From Antedon mediterranea (taxonomy: Eukaryota; Animalia; Echinodermata): a stretch of 64,000 nucleotides of DNA. Below the pieces are notes generated by a model. It saw only the letters and a list, made by a program, of their open reading frames with translations, searched no databases and was not told the origin of the DNA. This document shows, piece after piece, positions 40,025-53,690 of the stretch. The position numbers were made by a program, and so were the translations under genes. The stretch lies in NCBI RefSeq assembly GCF_964355755.1, contig NC_092675.1, positions 18,820,912-18,884,911 on the forward strand, given 5' to 3'. The first letter of the stretch is position 1. Each line of letters starts with the position of its first letter.

Positions 40025-43000
40025 GTCTGACGAAAAGTACCATAAGTTTAAAGGACAAATGTCTAATGTTTTTATAACAATTTTTAAACCCGGACCTACA
40101 CTTTAAAATAAAGGCAAATGTACAATCCCCTATAATACAACTGCCTGAACATTATAAAATATAATGTTAAGTTAAGTTAATGTACAGACAAATCATGTAA
40201 GTGCCGGAGTAAAACTCCTTACTTGCAAAAGCGCTTTATTACAGTACTTGTGTATAGTGTTTTCTTATTGAAAACATTAATTAAAATCTTATTTAACTAT
40301 TAATGTATCCGGATATAGGCCTATTAGTTTGAAAAAAGAAATGCTGCCACGGGATTGATTCATAATTCCTCTATTCAATAGATTGTTGAATTCGTTATTA
40401 TTCCTAGGCTTCCCAAGTGTGTTTATGTACTAATCAGATATTCATTATTCATTCAATCCGTATTGATATAATAACATTGCAATATGTCCTCAACAACCCA
40501 AAAGCCCAGCTTTCTCCATTCTCTATCCGATCCACCTTTTTGGTAAAACAATAAAGTGATTGTTCGACTGAAAGAGTAAATGTCTTATAATACTGGTTAA
40601 GTTTAACTGTAGATCGGAAATAAAAAAAAAACCATTTGATTGAACTACATTATTTTAAATTAAGGACAACGAGAAATAGTTTGAACATTAATATCTACAC
40701 TTCCAAAATGTAGAATAATAATTAATGACAGTATTAATAGATTAAATCAATTGAAATAAGGTTCATCAAAGGCTATATATTGGGCTCTGCTAGTTCTCCA
40801 GCTACAGTGTAACATAATTTATGACAAGGGTTAGTTAGTATGTCTCTTTCGAAACAGTGAGGATGTTTTCAACTTCACTATCATATACATGTCACTCAGT
40901 AAACAGAATCAAAATTAGTTTAATTCTCATAATGCAGACAATAACCCTTTACATTCAGGCGAAGAACCTGCCACAGTAAGTCGTTTTCTTTATCCGAGAT
41001 CAACAGGCCTATTTTTGGTTCCATCTTAGTAATTAACTACCGTATCATTAGTGTTAATTATGTCCGTGTACTTGCTCTTAGAATGACATTCAGTTGGTGC
41101 GACCATGTTATTGACTTTTGTCATAGGCCTACTTGCTCACTTCTTCATGTTTAATACTACTCCTCGATGGCGATTGTCGACCTACTTTTTAGAAAGTCAT
41201 GAATCCGATAAGTACACATAATATATTCGACTTTAACGTACAACTATGTCACAATGTATACATTGTAGTTTATAAAAAGGTTTTAGTCTTTTTCTTTATA
41301 ATCTGTAATAGTGTAGACTCGTAGTCCACGCCTTTACTGTTGTCATCTTTCCGTCTCCAAACTACAAGGCACAACCAGAAACGAATAACAATAACCTTAT
41401 ACATTTTAATCTTTCAGACAAATCAATTTATATTATCAGTTAAATGTGATTGATTGATACCTAAGGCAATGCATGCGAATTTACCGAGAAAGATAAGAAA
41501 AGTGTGAACAAGTGAACAACAATCAAACAGTGGTGTGAAATAGTCGCCGGTTCAATCGCCGAAATAATTAGGCAAGTTTGTGCTTTCTACCACAACTAGG
41601 TGTGTTCAGATCAACAATTCTTTTCACTCTCAAAGTCATACTGATCGAATCAGCAGCAATGAGCACAGGGACGCACGTGTAAACAGACGTCAATAAGATA
41701 TTAAAACATGGTCATTGCTGTGACGAATTGCGTCACATAAAACAATCATGATTTTACACAGAAAATGAGGAACCTCAAGTATACACTTTCTGGTAAGAAT
41801 GATTGCTGAAAATGTTATGCTAAAAAACGAGAACGACGAAGGTAATAACGACGACCATACTGATGTTATTGATGATGAATCCACAATAATTATTAAGTAC
41901 GTCAGAAGGAAACATTCTAGGCTCGCTAGTTACATTAGTTTCATTTGAAAGGTTGACTTTGTCCTACATTTACATTTCAGTCCCTTTCACTGATATCTGT
42001 AAGATTTTGAACATGAGGAATGTTACTGTCAATTTGACGGATGTTTAAAAAAGTAATTTTGAAACGTTACACGTTCATCATATGTCGGTTAATCCGACAG
42101 GGCAATGATTAGAAAAAAAGAAACTACTGAAATAGGATTAGGTGTACGAAAACAGCAGCAATTCATTAAAAAACAAAGTATTTCCCGAAAAACTAGCATG
42201 TTAGACGTATAAGTTCAAATAGATCATTGAGCTTTAACTCACAATACCCTTTCTGGTAATGTTAAACAGTATAGGTTTATTCGAGAAATAACCAAAAATA
42301 ATGTTATACACTCAAAGGGATTATTCCCAAGAGGTCGATATTTCTAGTAACGTATTTAACTTGTCATCAAGCGCCGTTACATGGCACTTTTTTACCGTCG
42401 ATTGACACGAAATTCACATTATGTTTCTTCTTAATCATTCTCATAATTGATTTTTGCTCATTTGATTATACCATATTTGTTTTCAACATTCAATATAACT
42501 TGTTTCGCGGCTTCCTGCTTTGTCAACTGTTATTCGACTCGTTTTTAGATCTCTGATGGTCTTGTTTGTAATGGCGGGAACACGTTGCAGTCGTGTCGCT
42601 ATACGTTCCAACACCAATAATTAATAGACGGTTCAAATAATCAGTGATGCATGTATCTTAATAAGCAATATCTGATCATGTGAATTATCTATCGTTCTGG
42701 CACCCAATTATGGATCAAATTCTGTGTAGCCTATTGCGCAGATAAACGAACTCGACACGGTGACGAGTTCAAATCTAGTTCTGTTTGATCCCTTTTCATA
42801 ATACGAAAAACGAACTGCAGTTTATATAAATCGCCTTAGGTTGAGATCGATACAAAATTAAACATTCTCTCTTCGAATTGTTATGTAGACGAAGGCCCAC
42901 ACTGCCTTTTGCTGTTTGTAATTTCGTTGGAATTATTTATATTGGGAAAGTTGCAAGAAAGAATGAGTATTTTTGTCATAATATTATTATACTGAAAGCT

Positions 43001-43222
43001 AAAAAAGGCAAATTGGATTTACGTTTATGTGCCTATTATTTGATTAATTTTACGAATTAAAACACAATGGGATGGATAGTTTATATTTTACATCATTCAA
43101 AATACTTTTCCTCCTTCATTTACGATGTGTTGAGTATTAACACCGGTAGCAGCAACCATACAAAAATGTAAGCATTAGGCATAACAGTAAAACATAATCT
43201 TAATATTAATGAAGATGTTTAA

Positions 43223-43557
43223 AGATGTATTGTCCCCCAAAAAACATGAAAAATGAAGATTAATTAAATCAGACTTTGAATATGTTATTTTATAGTTTTA
43301 ATAAAGTCAATCACTACCATAGAAAAAAAAAATGTTTCTCCTTATAAAATGACAAAGTAATTGGTTAAATTCAATCAAATATCCATTGGCTTGCAGCCAA
43401 TTTGACTATTTTTTGCTTTAAATTACAGTTTTTAAAGGTAAATACATTTTTTTCGATCTCATTTTTGGTCAAAGTGGATAACTATTATTATGACATTAAA
43501 ATGGCATATTCAACAACAAAAATGTAAATAATTATTCTTTCAGGGGACAATAAATCT
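43223..43557. mobile_element. Kolobok-like MITE
   Basis: TTAA|AGATGTATTGTCCCC ... GGGGACAATAAATCT|TTAA, giving a TTAA TSD and AG...CT termini. A related inverted copy lies at 52019-52321. Confidence 0.75.
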
Positions 43558-46500
43558 TTAAAGCAAATTGTAAACATATAATATTACTGTAGATGTCTAA
43601 ACCATTTGTAATACACTTAAGATACCATACAATATAGCACAATATTTGATGATATACAGAAAGTGGTTTCCTATTGAGTATTGTTTTCAAGCTTCAAGTA
43701 CCGTTTTTGTGGGCTCAATCAGCAATATTTTGTCATACAGATAATATTGAGTAATGACGGTACCAAATCCATTAACTCTAGTCATGTACTACTGGCATTG
43801 TTCTAAATATCATCTAATCAAATAAAAGTGTTCCCTGGACGTTTGTTCCGAGTGATTTCTGGTAATAAGAAATATATGCTTACGGTACGTACATTTTACT
43901 GTCGGCATTCATTCTTCAAATATAATTTGTATAATGAATGGTTTTAATCAACATCAATTTATTATTTTGATTCTAATGGCGTCAAATGAGACGATTTCTC
44001 CCATTATCCTGATTATATTGAAAGAGCGATGAATGATGAGAGACGCATTCAAGACACCATTCTCTTGTAACCTACATAATATTGAATAAAAAGTATCGAG
44101 TTATCGTACATGTTGGGTAATAACATTTTTTTTTATTATTCTGGATTGTATTATCACCTGTGGGAATAATAACATTTTTTTTAGAGAGCAAATTAGAACT
44201 AAAGAAAATATAGTTTGCAACATGCATTCAAACATTTGGGAAGAGGGATGCACTGTTTATCTTGGTTTAGGGTCAAATATAACAGATGTAGTAGCTGAGA
44301 TTTCCTTTGTCTCAATGTCAATGTTCAAGTAAATAAACCTAATATTAATACATACGTCAAAAGGACATTTTTGTCTTGATATCAGCTAGTCTTCGTATGT
44401 TGCTACGATATCAAATCCTTCTTGTAGCTCTTATAGTCTACTCTTAACAAACTTTTCGAAACCTCTGTTAACAAACTCTTGGCTCGCCACTGTTAGGATC
44501 GAGAAGTTCTTCAAAGTTACACTCTATTACTGTTTTTCTGTTACTGATCGCTGTCTGTTTGTCCACCTGCAGAATCACAGACTTATATGATTCATTTGGC
44601 TAGATTTTGTAACGTGTGCCGAAGTTTGTCTACTGATAAACTTAGGAAAATTTTTCTTGCCAAATTTGTAAACTAATTTTTCTAGTGAGGCTAAGGTTAG
44701 GCCTGTGTCACACAAATGTGTCTCTGAGAACTTCCCCTTTCGGAACAGTATGCCATCACATGAACTGTGTTTCAGCCACATGGTATAAGTCAAAAAGCAC
44801 ACTTTATAATACCACAATAATCTATCATCAGTAAATTTTTTTTTTCAATATATGGTAAACTCTCTCCAGATATACGCCACTTGGGTACACGCTCTTTTCT
44901 TCTTTGATATACCTGTTATAGAATTCCTATTTTGGACCACTGTTGTTAAATATAATGTGCATATAAATTATTATATTGTATATTTTATTTTATTAACATG
45001 TTATTATATTGTTGAAGGTGAAAATGAACAATCTTTAAAAGGAAATAAGGTAAGGTCAGAGATTCAGTAAATATGCTACAATCGTCTTGAGCATGGACAT
45101 TTTGCTTAGAAATAAACACATCATTCTTTGAAATGTAATGGTGTCAAATTTGAAGAATATGCTGACTATTCAAATTAATTTTAGTGAATTTCAAAGAAAT
45201 TAGAAAGAATTGTAATATGTTTATTCCTTACAACAAATTTGACGACCCCCGAAAAAAAAACCAGAAATCACGAATTGCGATGTTTGTTTATTTAACTAAT
45301 TGCTATTATGAATTATTTAGGGCAGGTTAGCTTGCAAATGATAACGGTATATAATACGATAATCTCGATTGTTTACTAACAATACATCATCATCGTCATT
45401 TTGTCCTCAGGCCATGAAATAGCTGATATAAATACAGTCACACAGTAAACAATATTTTCAATGCTTCATTAGGAAGATTTATAAGATGAGTATCTAACGC
45501 AAAGTTAAGTGACTTATTTAATTCGCTGTGCATTAGCCGTCTTAACTCATCATCTAGGCCATCATATGTACATCCCCTCGAATTTCATTTTGTATACAAC
45601 GCCCACTTATTTAAACTAAATAGATATAACAGCATTCACATAAACAATTTACGTAAAACTAAAACGATTCACCAATAATAAATAATCCCTGTAAACTTTG
45701 TACAACTAGCAAAGAGTGAGACTCTTGCTTGATGACTAATTTCTGGTTTTCAATGATACTTATACGTCCATGACAGTTGGTCATAATTCTCTTTTCATAA
45801 AATACGTGTTAGATTCATGATAAAATAATGAAATGCAAATGCAAATATGGTAATGTATAATGGATATGATAAATTACATGATGATAGTACTTGACTTAAA
45901 TTAAATAGGAGGTGAGAATAGAAGGTGAGGTACAGATACTAAGTTAGTTACAGCACGTTTCTTCCAGGTAATATAAATAAGATGTAATAAAACGAAGTTA
46001 CGGAGATTCCATCGATCTCGTACGGTATTTATGATTTTAAATTACATCGGGGAATTTCAGGGGTTAAAGGTCAGGTGGTTTGATGACAACTATGACTCTC
46101 GGGGTCCATTAAGTCATGTGATTACATACATCAATACATAAAAGATTTACATAAATTCGTCACCAGAGAAAGACAAATATTGACAAACAGTTCTTGCATG
46201 CATATTCTGCTTGATTTCAGAGGGATTCGGTGATAAATGTTCGGATGTACACTAAATGGTTTACATAATTCACTAGCTATTCGTAATAACTTAAAACTCT
46301 CATTATGCCAACGTACGTAGACCATTTTATGTTGTAACGCCCAATTATGTAACTGTGATGATCACGCATATACTTTGTCAGTGACGTACTATAAAGCTGT
46401 TGATACGCGCGTACACAATCAGTATTATTATCATCATAACTTTTACGCGCAGCAGCGTATCGGTGCCTCTTTCATCCATGGTGAATATATAGGCATAATA

Positions 46501-46637
46501 ATTGACGTCTATATATAAATTTACGTAAGGGCAAAATTCGGTAAATCGCGCGTTATTTCTAGAATGTTTACTCGATGGTATATAAAGATGGTTAGAATCT
46601 CGGTACTGATTTTAACCACCTGATGTAACCCTGTTTA

Positions 46638-47423
46638 CTAATTAAATTGAGTTCGATAATTAGTTATTGACAATTAAAACGAATTTAGGTTCAACGATTT
46701 GCCCCAAATAGGGGTGTTTTTCGATCGTGGTATACACTGTCTAATGGATGTCCATCTTGAAAAATACCCGCAGACAATAATACGAGGATGCTTCGCATTT
46801 TCCTATCTCCTCCTACGATAATTGTTTTTAATGGCAGAAAACCGGTTGAACAGCTCGAGTACAGCATCATAATGTTGAAGACAGGCCGATTTTCTTTAAA
46901 AAATACTATTTTGATAGATTTAATATACGTTTATACAAATGTATTGACTTGCGATGAATGGAACATTCCAATCTCTGTTCCACAATTCAAGTGTCTATTC
47001 CCTCAGGCGTCGTAAAGGCAAGTTTGTACTGTATACTCATAACAAAACTTTGATCCATTTTTTTTTCAATCTGTACTGCAGAGGTTGGATATAGATTTTT
47101 TTTAAACGGATAATGAACTAGCGTTTTCAGTCGCCGTATATAATGTACAAATCTTTATTATTGCAGTTAAACCACCCACATCATCATCCTTCCCTCACTG
47201 GCATGAGTAGCGTTGTAAAGCCAGTAGAGGATAGGCCTACGGTGCATCACATGCCCTAAACGCAGAACAACTTTGGTGGGTAGGGTTAACCAACTTAAAG
47301 TATGAATTGGCTCTAAGAAACAATTGAAAACCATTAGGCCTACTAATTAAGTTGAGTTAGATAATTTAATATTTATTGACGATTAAATCGAATTTATGAT
47401 TTGCCCCGAATAGAGGTGGTTTT
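46638..47423. repeat. Pair of degenerate ~80-bp direct repeats about 700 bp apart
   Basis: ACTAATTAA.TTGAGTT.GATAATT...TTATTGAC.ATTAAA.CGAATTTA...GATTTGCCCC.AATAG.GGTG.TTT at 46638-46720 and 47342-47423. Confidence 0.7.
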
Positions 47424-47920
47424 CACAAATTGTTTTACATTATATAAACATATACACGTCGTATTGATGTATCGTTACATATACTGTACACTTTCAATCG
47501 ACTAGGACGGTGATAGTTTCAACAAAGTATTACATCGCAATGTTTTACTGTGTTTAGTGGTATATTATTTGTAAAACATGAAAACAATTAATATTTCGTT
47601 ACTAAATGGATAAAGAATATATTTAAAAATTGTTCCTCTTTGCACCCATCCTATTCCCCATCCCTCAACCCTAATGTTACATACAAAACACAAATTATTA
47701 AGTTTGTTTAAATTTGACTTAAACAATTGCTCTCATTTTGTGACAAGTTTCTCTTGCGGAAGTAATTCCCAGGGTGCTAATTTTAGTTGAGTACATAAAT
47801 CACAGTGTCTATTTATTCGTTCCTGTAAACGACATGTATTATTGTCCTGCGGTACGTACATTTGAAATCGCCAGTTTTTTAACGCTGAAATTATTATGTA
47901 TTCGAGAACCATCTGTGGGC

Positions 47921-47964
47921 ACTACCTAGATAGTACGCGAGCGAAGCGAGCGTACCATCTAGTT
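47921..47964. mobile_element. Possible Helitron/Helentron-type terminus
   Basis: Quasi-palindrome CTAGATAGTACGCGAGCGAAGCGAGCGTACCATCTAG ending in CTAG|T. Confidence 0.4.
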
Positions 47965-49266
47965 ATAAACAATTCACGATAATCGAAACTATGATGACAT
48001 ATTTTATTAATTCTATAAGTGAATCAAAAAACACCTTTCTGTTGGAAAAAATATTGAAAGGTTCTCTAACATATCGCCGCATAATGACATAGGCCAGGCC
48101 TATCATCATATTTTTCTCAGGAGATCAGATATCAGATCAGATGTTATAAAAAAATAAATGTATTTCTCAAGAAATACAATTATATTCAATTGAATAATAT
48201 TGAATGTAATAATCAATTTATTCAGAATTAGCCTATTCATAACGAATATTTTATATAATGGAGATTAAGGCTATTAAAATGGACGCATTTATTAGATGTT
48301 ATTAGAATATTTAAAATTGTTTAAATAAGTACAAAAGTAGTCGACCTTGCCAATTGTGATTCACGGATTAATATGTGATTTACTTAACAAAGACGAATGG
48401 TTACAGCAGTGAAACACGACATGTTGAACTGATATGACACAATATTGAGATTGCTCAAATGTCAACAGACAGTATTACAATGGATAGTTAAATAGAGGTA
48501 AATAACAATATGCAATCGTAGCTGGTGCCAAGGGTACCATTTTATCAAAAACAACCTCTGGTATCACCCTTCCCTGCTCTCTGACAACGAGTCCACTGTG
48601 TACATAGCTTCAACAAGAACCGCTTCAATCCAATTTCTCTGTGTCATCAACTCATGCATTGTTTTCCTTTGAGAGAATTTTGATTATTTATGAAACTGCC
48701 AATGTTAATGTACCATCACAGATTACAGGGGAAGAAATATAATACATTCTATAATATGCTGTTTTTGTCCATTACGTTATATTTATCAGAGCACATCACC
48801 AAATACAACTATAAACTGTACCTGTGTCTTCATTTCTTATCTTTGCTAAATGATAAACTGTTATATATGGAGTTGGAGTTGGAGTTGGAGTTGGAGTTTT
48901 TAATAGTGAATTGTAGATGATAAGGTCTGGCGTCAATTTGAATACTAATAATGTTTTATTTAAATTATCCAAAACTGCTCATTTATATTCTGCCATACGT
49001 CGCACATACGTCGAAACATAATTTCTCTTAAAAACCTCGATCTAAATACCGTAGATAACTTACATTGAAATGCTATTGATGAATAATACATTTTTGAACA
49101 ATTACAGTAGGGCTATAGCCTCTACAACAATATCATAAATTCTTAAAAGCAACAACAACAAGTAAACACCAGGTAATTCATTGAAGCATGACATAAAACA
49201 ATGCAGTCGGTCTAAATGTCATACACACTCCAAGATTGTGTTATTTAAATAATCTACCAAATCACA

Positions 49267-49685
49267 GTTGCCGACTACCAATTTGCTGATTCCCAGTTTG
49301 CCGAGTCTAGGTAGCCGATTCCCAGTTTGCCGAGTCTAGGTTGCCGAATCCTGGTTTGCCGAGTCTAGGTTGCCGATTCCTGGGTTGCCGGGTTTAGTTT
49401 TCTGAATCCCAGTTTGCCGAGTCTAGGTTGCCGATTCCTGGTTTGCCGAGTCTATGTTGCCGATTCCTGGTTTGCCGAGTCTAGGTTGCCGATTCCTGGG
49501 TTGCCGGGTTTAGTTTTCTGAATCCCAGTTTGCCAAGTCTAGGTTGCCGATTCCTAGTTTGCCGAGTCTAGGTTGCCGATTCCCAGTTTGCCGAGTTTAG
49601 GATGCCGATTCTTGGTTTGCCGAGTCTAGGTTGCCGATTCCTAGTTTGCCGAGTCTAGGTTGCCGATTCCTGGTTTGTCGAGTTG
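49267..49685. repeat. 15/30-bp minisatellite (TTGCCGAGTCTAGG / TTGCCGATTCCYRGT)
   Basis: Directly visible alternating sub-units. A longer block containing GGGTTTAGTTTTCTGAATCCC is duplicated. Confidence 0.93.
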
Positions 49686-50593
49686 ACAGAAATCCATGTT
49701 TCCGACTACAATAGAAATGAGTATGATCACGTCCAAGTCACGATATATAACTTGGTTGGAGACTGTAATAAAACTAATAAGTAGTATTGGCATGCTATAA
49801 TGTATGTAATGGCATAATTAATCAAGCCTATTGCTTAAGATATCTTGGTATTATAATGTCTTATTCACGAAAAACTACGTCAAATACATGAATATAATTC
49901 ACTAGAGTTCCAAAGAGGTGATTTTTCTTATATAGTTTAAAACTTGTGTGTTTCTAGTTTAATCAAGCTAATCAACTTTTGGAAAATCTGAATTGTTTAT
50001 ACCTAAGCCTACTCATTCTGTTATTATTTTTCTTTTCGAAGAACAATCTTACAAATACCATATTGGGGTAATTTCCCTAATGGTACCAAGTGCTATCATT
50101 ACATTTGTTTCGGGGAAAAAACCTTGATATTATAACTTTATTGATTTATCGAATTTTACGAAAATATTGTCAAGAGAACAATATATGAACTATGAATTAA
50201 TAGGTATGACCTCTCTATACATGTATAGAGTTCAAAGTTATCACCTTTTTGTCAAATGTGTGAGTTTGGAGATGTTGATACGCAAACACAAAGATCGTAT
50301 CAGTTTTTAAATTATTATTTTCATTTAGCCTACATGTATAATGTAGCCTCAGTATAATAGTTGTTCATTATTATCATTCGTTATTCTACTGGTTTATACG
50401 TTATATGTTAATTTGATATTTCCCCTAATACATTCTTCAAGAGGGCGTCATCTTGATAAGACAAGTTTTGTATTTTCGATAATAAAATTATTAAACTAAA
50501 TTAATTATGCCCATTATGAATTCCATTCACCCTTAAGCAAATACATAGGGGAATACTGAAATCGGTAAAGATGGATTCTCGCAAAAGCAATTA

Positions 50594-51645
50594 GGCCCTG
50601 TTCAGACCCATGGCGTTAGACCGTTGTAGCGTACAACGTTACTATCAAGGTCACGTTACAAACCGCAGAGAAAAAAACGAGGTGTTCAGACCCATAGCGT
50701 ACGATTATCGTTACAACGGAAGTACGTCATCCAGGTTGTTTCTAGTTGCATATTCAAGTGCTCTTACCCACGTGTTTTCATCATTATTTCCACTGTATAT
50801 AGGCCTAGATCTCAGCCCTACAATTATGACAAAATTTGCCGTAAATAAAACATACCTCAGCATTTATTTAAGAAAAATATAGTAAAGTCAAATTTCTGTT
50901 TCTATTGTTTTTATTTTGTAGTAAAAAATATTTTCCCCAGGCTCTTGTGTTACGAAAATAAAGCAGGCCTCGTCCTCGTAATGATGAAGAAAAAAAAGAT
51001 TGAGATTAGTCTATCCAGTCCAGTCAAAGATATATATTCTTTGGTCCAGTTGGTTGAAAATAACCCTTAACTTGCTAATAAAAGGGACACAGCTCCCCTT
51101 GTTTGTTTACTGGTTTTTTTAGGAGTTAGGGGGTTTTCAGCATTAAACTTGTCCAGTCTAGTCTGCCTTGTATGAATGAGTGACTTTTGATGTCCCACGC
51201 TAGTTTTTAGCTTGAATGAAATGCGTGAATGGCTCTAGGCGGATGGGATCGTAGTCCCTATGTTTAAATACAAGGTGCATGTATTTATGTCATTTGTTAG
51301 AAAATATAATGGTAATCAGTTGATAATAGTTTGTAGCCTTTGTAACAGTATTTGTAGTGTAGTTAGGCCTTATTTATTCTGGCCTTTTTGTTATTGAAAT
51401 CCATCTCACACATTGACGATACAAGATGTCAGCCTAGGTCAAACCTTGTTTCGCGTCATAACAGGAAACGTTCTGATTGGATACAACGTTGACTTACAGT
51501 AGCGTCGTACGCTAAAACGGTACTATCAACCGTTTTCCACTACAACGCTACAACCGTTGTACGACGCGTTGTACGCTAATCCCCAACTGTTCAGACACAC
51601 ATTCTTTTAGCGTCGTACGCTAAAACGGTCTAACGCCATGGGTCT
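50594..51645. mobile_element. ~1.05-kb non-autonomous Harbinger-like DNA transposon
   Basis: Left end GGCCCTGTTCAGACCCATGGCGTTAGACCGTTGTAGCGTAC follows TTA. The right end GTACGCTAAAACGGTCTAACGCCATGGGTCT lacks its outermost ~10 bp. Subterminal TAGCGTACGA/TGTTCAGAC motifs are present. Confidence 0.75.
51025..51043. mobile_element. 19-bp P-like mini element or footprint
   Basis: CAAAGA-tatatat-TCTTTG flanked by a 7-bp direct repeat GTCCAGT (51018-51024, 51044-51050). Confidence 0.55.
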
Positions 51646-52018
51646 TATACGATACACATACAGGTGAATTTAATTTAGCTTAATATATCAGCCAATTTTC
51701 GTCGACTCCTACAAGTTATTAAGGCATTAATTAACATATACAACATAAGACCTTAATACGTAATTCAATTTATTAATCGGATTCTTTAAGCTGCAAGAGT
51801 AATAATAAAGTGTCCGGATTATCGGTTGACAATGAGTACGACAGTAATCCAACTATGTGGAATATTATGTAAAAATCTCCCACACTCTTCCTGTTTATCA
51901 ATAGCCTATAATATCAAGAAATATATTTTGTTTACATTGAAGAAGACGACGCCTGCACACACCAAATTGCCTTTCTCCTACGCCATTGCGTTGCGTCCCA
52001 ATTGGGAACCAACCTTAA

Positions 52019-52321
52019 AGATTGTCCCCCTGATTTTGTTCTAATAATTATGCCATTTTAATTTCACATAATAGTTATTCACTTTAAGCAAAAGTTGGAT
52101 TGAAAAACTATTTACAGAAAAAAACTATATATTAAAACAAAATCAAATTGAATGGAAAGTGAAGTCAATAATTGACCGCTTTATTTTGTCTTTTTAACAG
52201 TAAAAACATTGTTGTGTGATTTTTTTTTCTACGGAAGTTATTATAACCTTTATTAAAACTACAAAATGATCTATTCAAGGTCTAATTTTATCAATGTTCA
52301 TGTTTTTGGGGACAAACATCT
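52019..52321. mobile_element. Kolobok-like MITE (inverted relative of 43223-43557)
   Basis: TTAA|AGATTGTCCCC ... TTCATGTTTTTGGGGACAAACATCT|TTAA. Confidence 0.65.
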
Positions 52322-52735
52322 TTAAAAGCACCTGAAGTTGAAATCTGCTACTTAGAGCGCCGGTGTGTTGTAACCTTTAATAAAAGCAAGAACACCCAAT
52401 TGAATTGATTTTACATCGATTTTAAGATCACTATGTAACATTAGATTGCCTTCAATAACAAGCAAACTTGCATGACAAGATAAAACATACTATTGCCGAC
52501 ATGATCCAATCACGTCGAATATCGTTCCTAGTTTGGATTTCAGTTTAATAACCACAAGTATACATATCTGAACATTCTAGATCACTAAAATGAACTCAAT
52601 ATAATAACTAATAACTGAATTCATATCCCGAAAAACGTACGTTCAAAAAGCATAAATAACGTATGCAAAATTTCATAACGAAGTACCCTGGTCTTATTAA
52701 ATCACATGTAAATTTGAGAGTTACAAATTTTTTTT

Positions 52736-52824
52736 TTAGCTCACTATGTCGGTCGGTTGGTCGGTAAACACTAACTCAAATTTAATCACGCGACTGCAGC
52801 CATTATTGTATATGACCTTGTTTT
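52736..52824 (-). mobile_element. Truncated HINE-like copy
   Basis: Reverse complement of most of the 2807-2936 element. It lacks the 3' hairpin. Confidence 0.7.
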
Positions 52825-53430
52825 CTGTAGAGAGGGTTAATCGATTCCCACAAATCACTCTTCTCTCCATAATTTCAATTTGTCCACTTTCTTCAACATG
52901 ATTTTTTTTTTTTTTTTTTTTACATTTTTTATATTTTATTATATCCACGTACCTGAGTTCATTATACTTAGTAAAATTGTATTTTTTTCCAGACAATTAG
53001 ATTTATTACGATACTGATAGAATTAGTTAAATCGATATAGGGCTTATGAACAGATTTAAAGTACAGGCAGTTGAACGCCAACCATCAATCTAGACAGAAG
53101 CGAACCGTATTAATCTGACACGTGGGAACATGAATGATGAGGGCCTATCTGACAATTTGTATGTGTTGGCAATAAACACACATATTTTGTGAAATGTTTT
53201 ATTTCATGCCAGAATTTTTGTAACTAATCAATGTGCTATATGATTTATTACACTAATATTAAAAATTAAATAGGCCTTATGATAATCAAGTAAGTAAGCC
53301 ATACCAAGAAGAACGGTCATCATCATACGTCATCCTGTATATAGGGTATATTTAAATGTATTGTTACCCAAGACCGACTGATCCAATTTGGAGAAAATTA
53401 TCTGTCACGTTTTGTTTTGTTGCACGTTAT

Positions 53431-53690
53431 ATACGGTGTGTTGGACCGGTTCCCGTCAGATCACCAAAGTTAAGCAACGTGGCCGGCTCGGTTGCGTTCA
53501 GGAATTAGTCTGAGAATAGCGTCGGGTGCTGTATAGGGGAGAGAGTGATGGTGTATGATGATATCGGACTAGCACCTGACGGGGATGGGTTCGAGCCTGT
53601 ACCATACCGTTGTATCCTTAGACAAGATGCATTGCGCTCATTGCCTCGTCCTTCGAATGGAATGTGAATATGTCGGTCCGTTGGTGTTTT
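53431..53690 (+). mobile_element. Degenerate SINE with chimeric 5S rRNA + tRNA head
   Basis: 5S-like CCGGTTCCCGTCAGATCACCAAAGTTAAGCAACG...GGGTGCTGTA, then B box GGTTCGAGCC (53588-53597), CORE-like GTTGTATCCTTAGACAAGATGCATT and Deu/Nin-like GTCCTTCGAATGG...GTCGGTCC. Confidence 0.65.

Noticed and set aside
44477-44566. Possible minus-strand terminal exon after ctgcAG (VDKQTAISN...EPRVC*)
   Set aside because: No homology recognised and no partner exons found.
53446-53533. Functional 5S rRNA gene
   Set aside because: It is heavily diverged, lacks the canonical box C region, and is fused to SINE body sequence.
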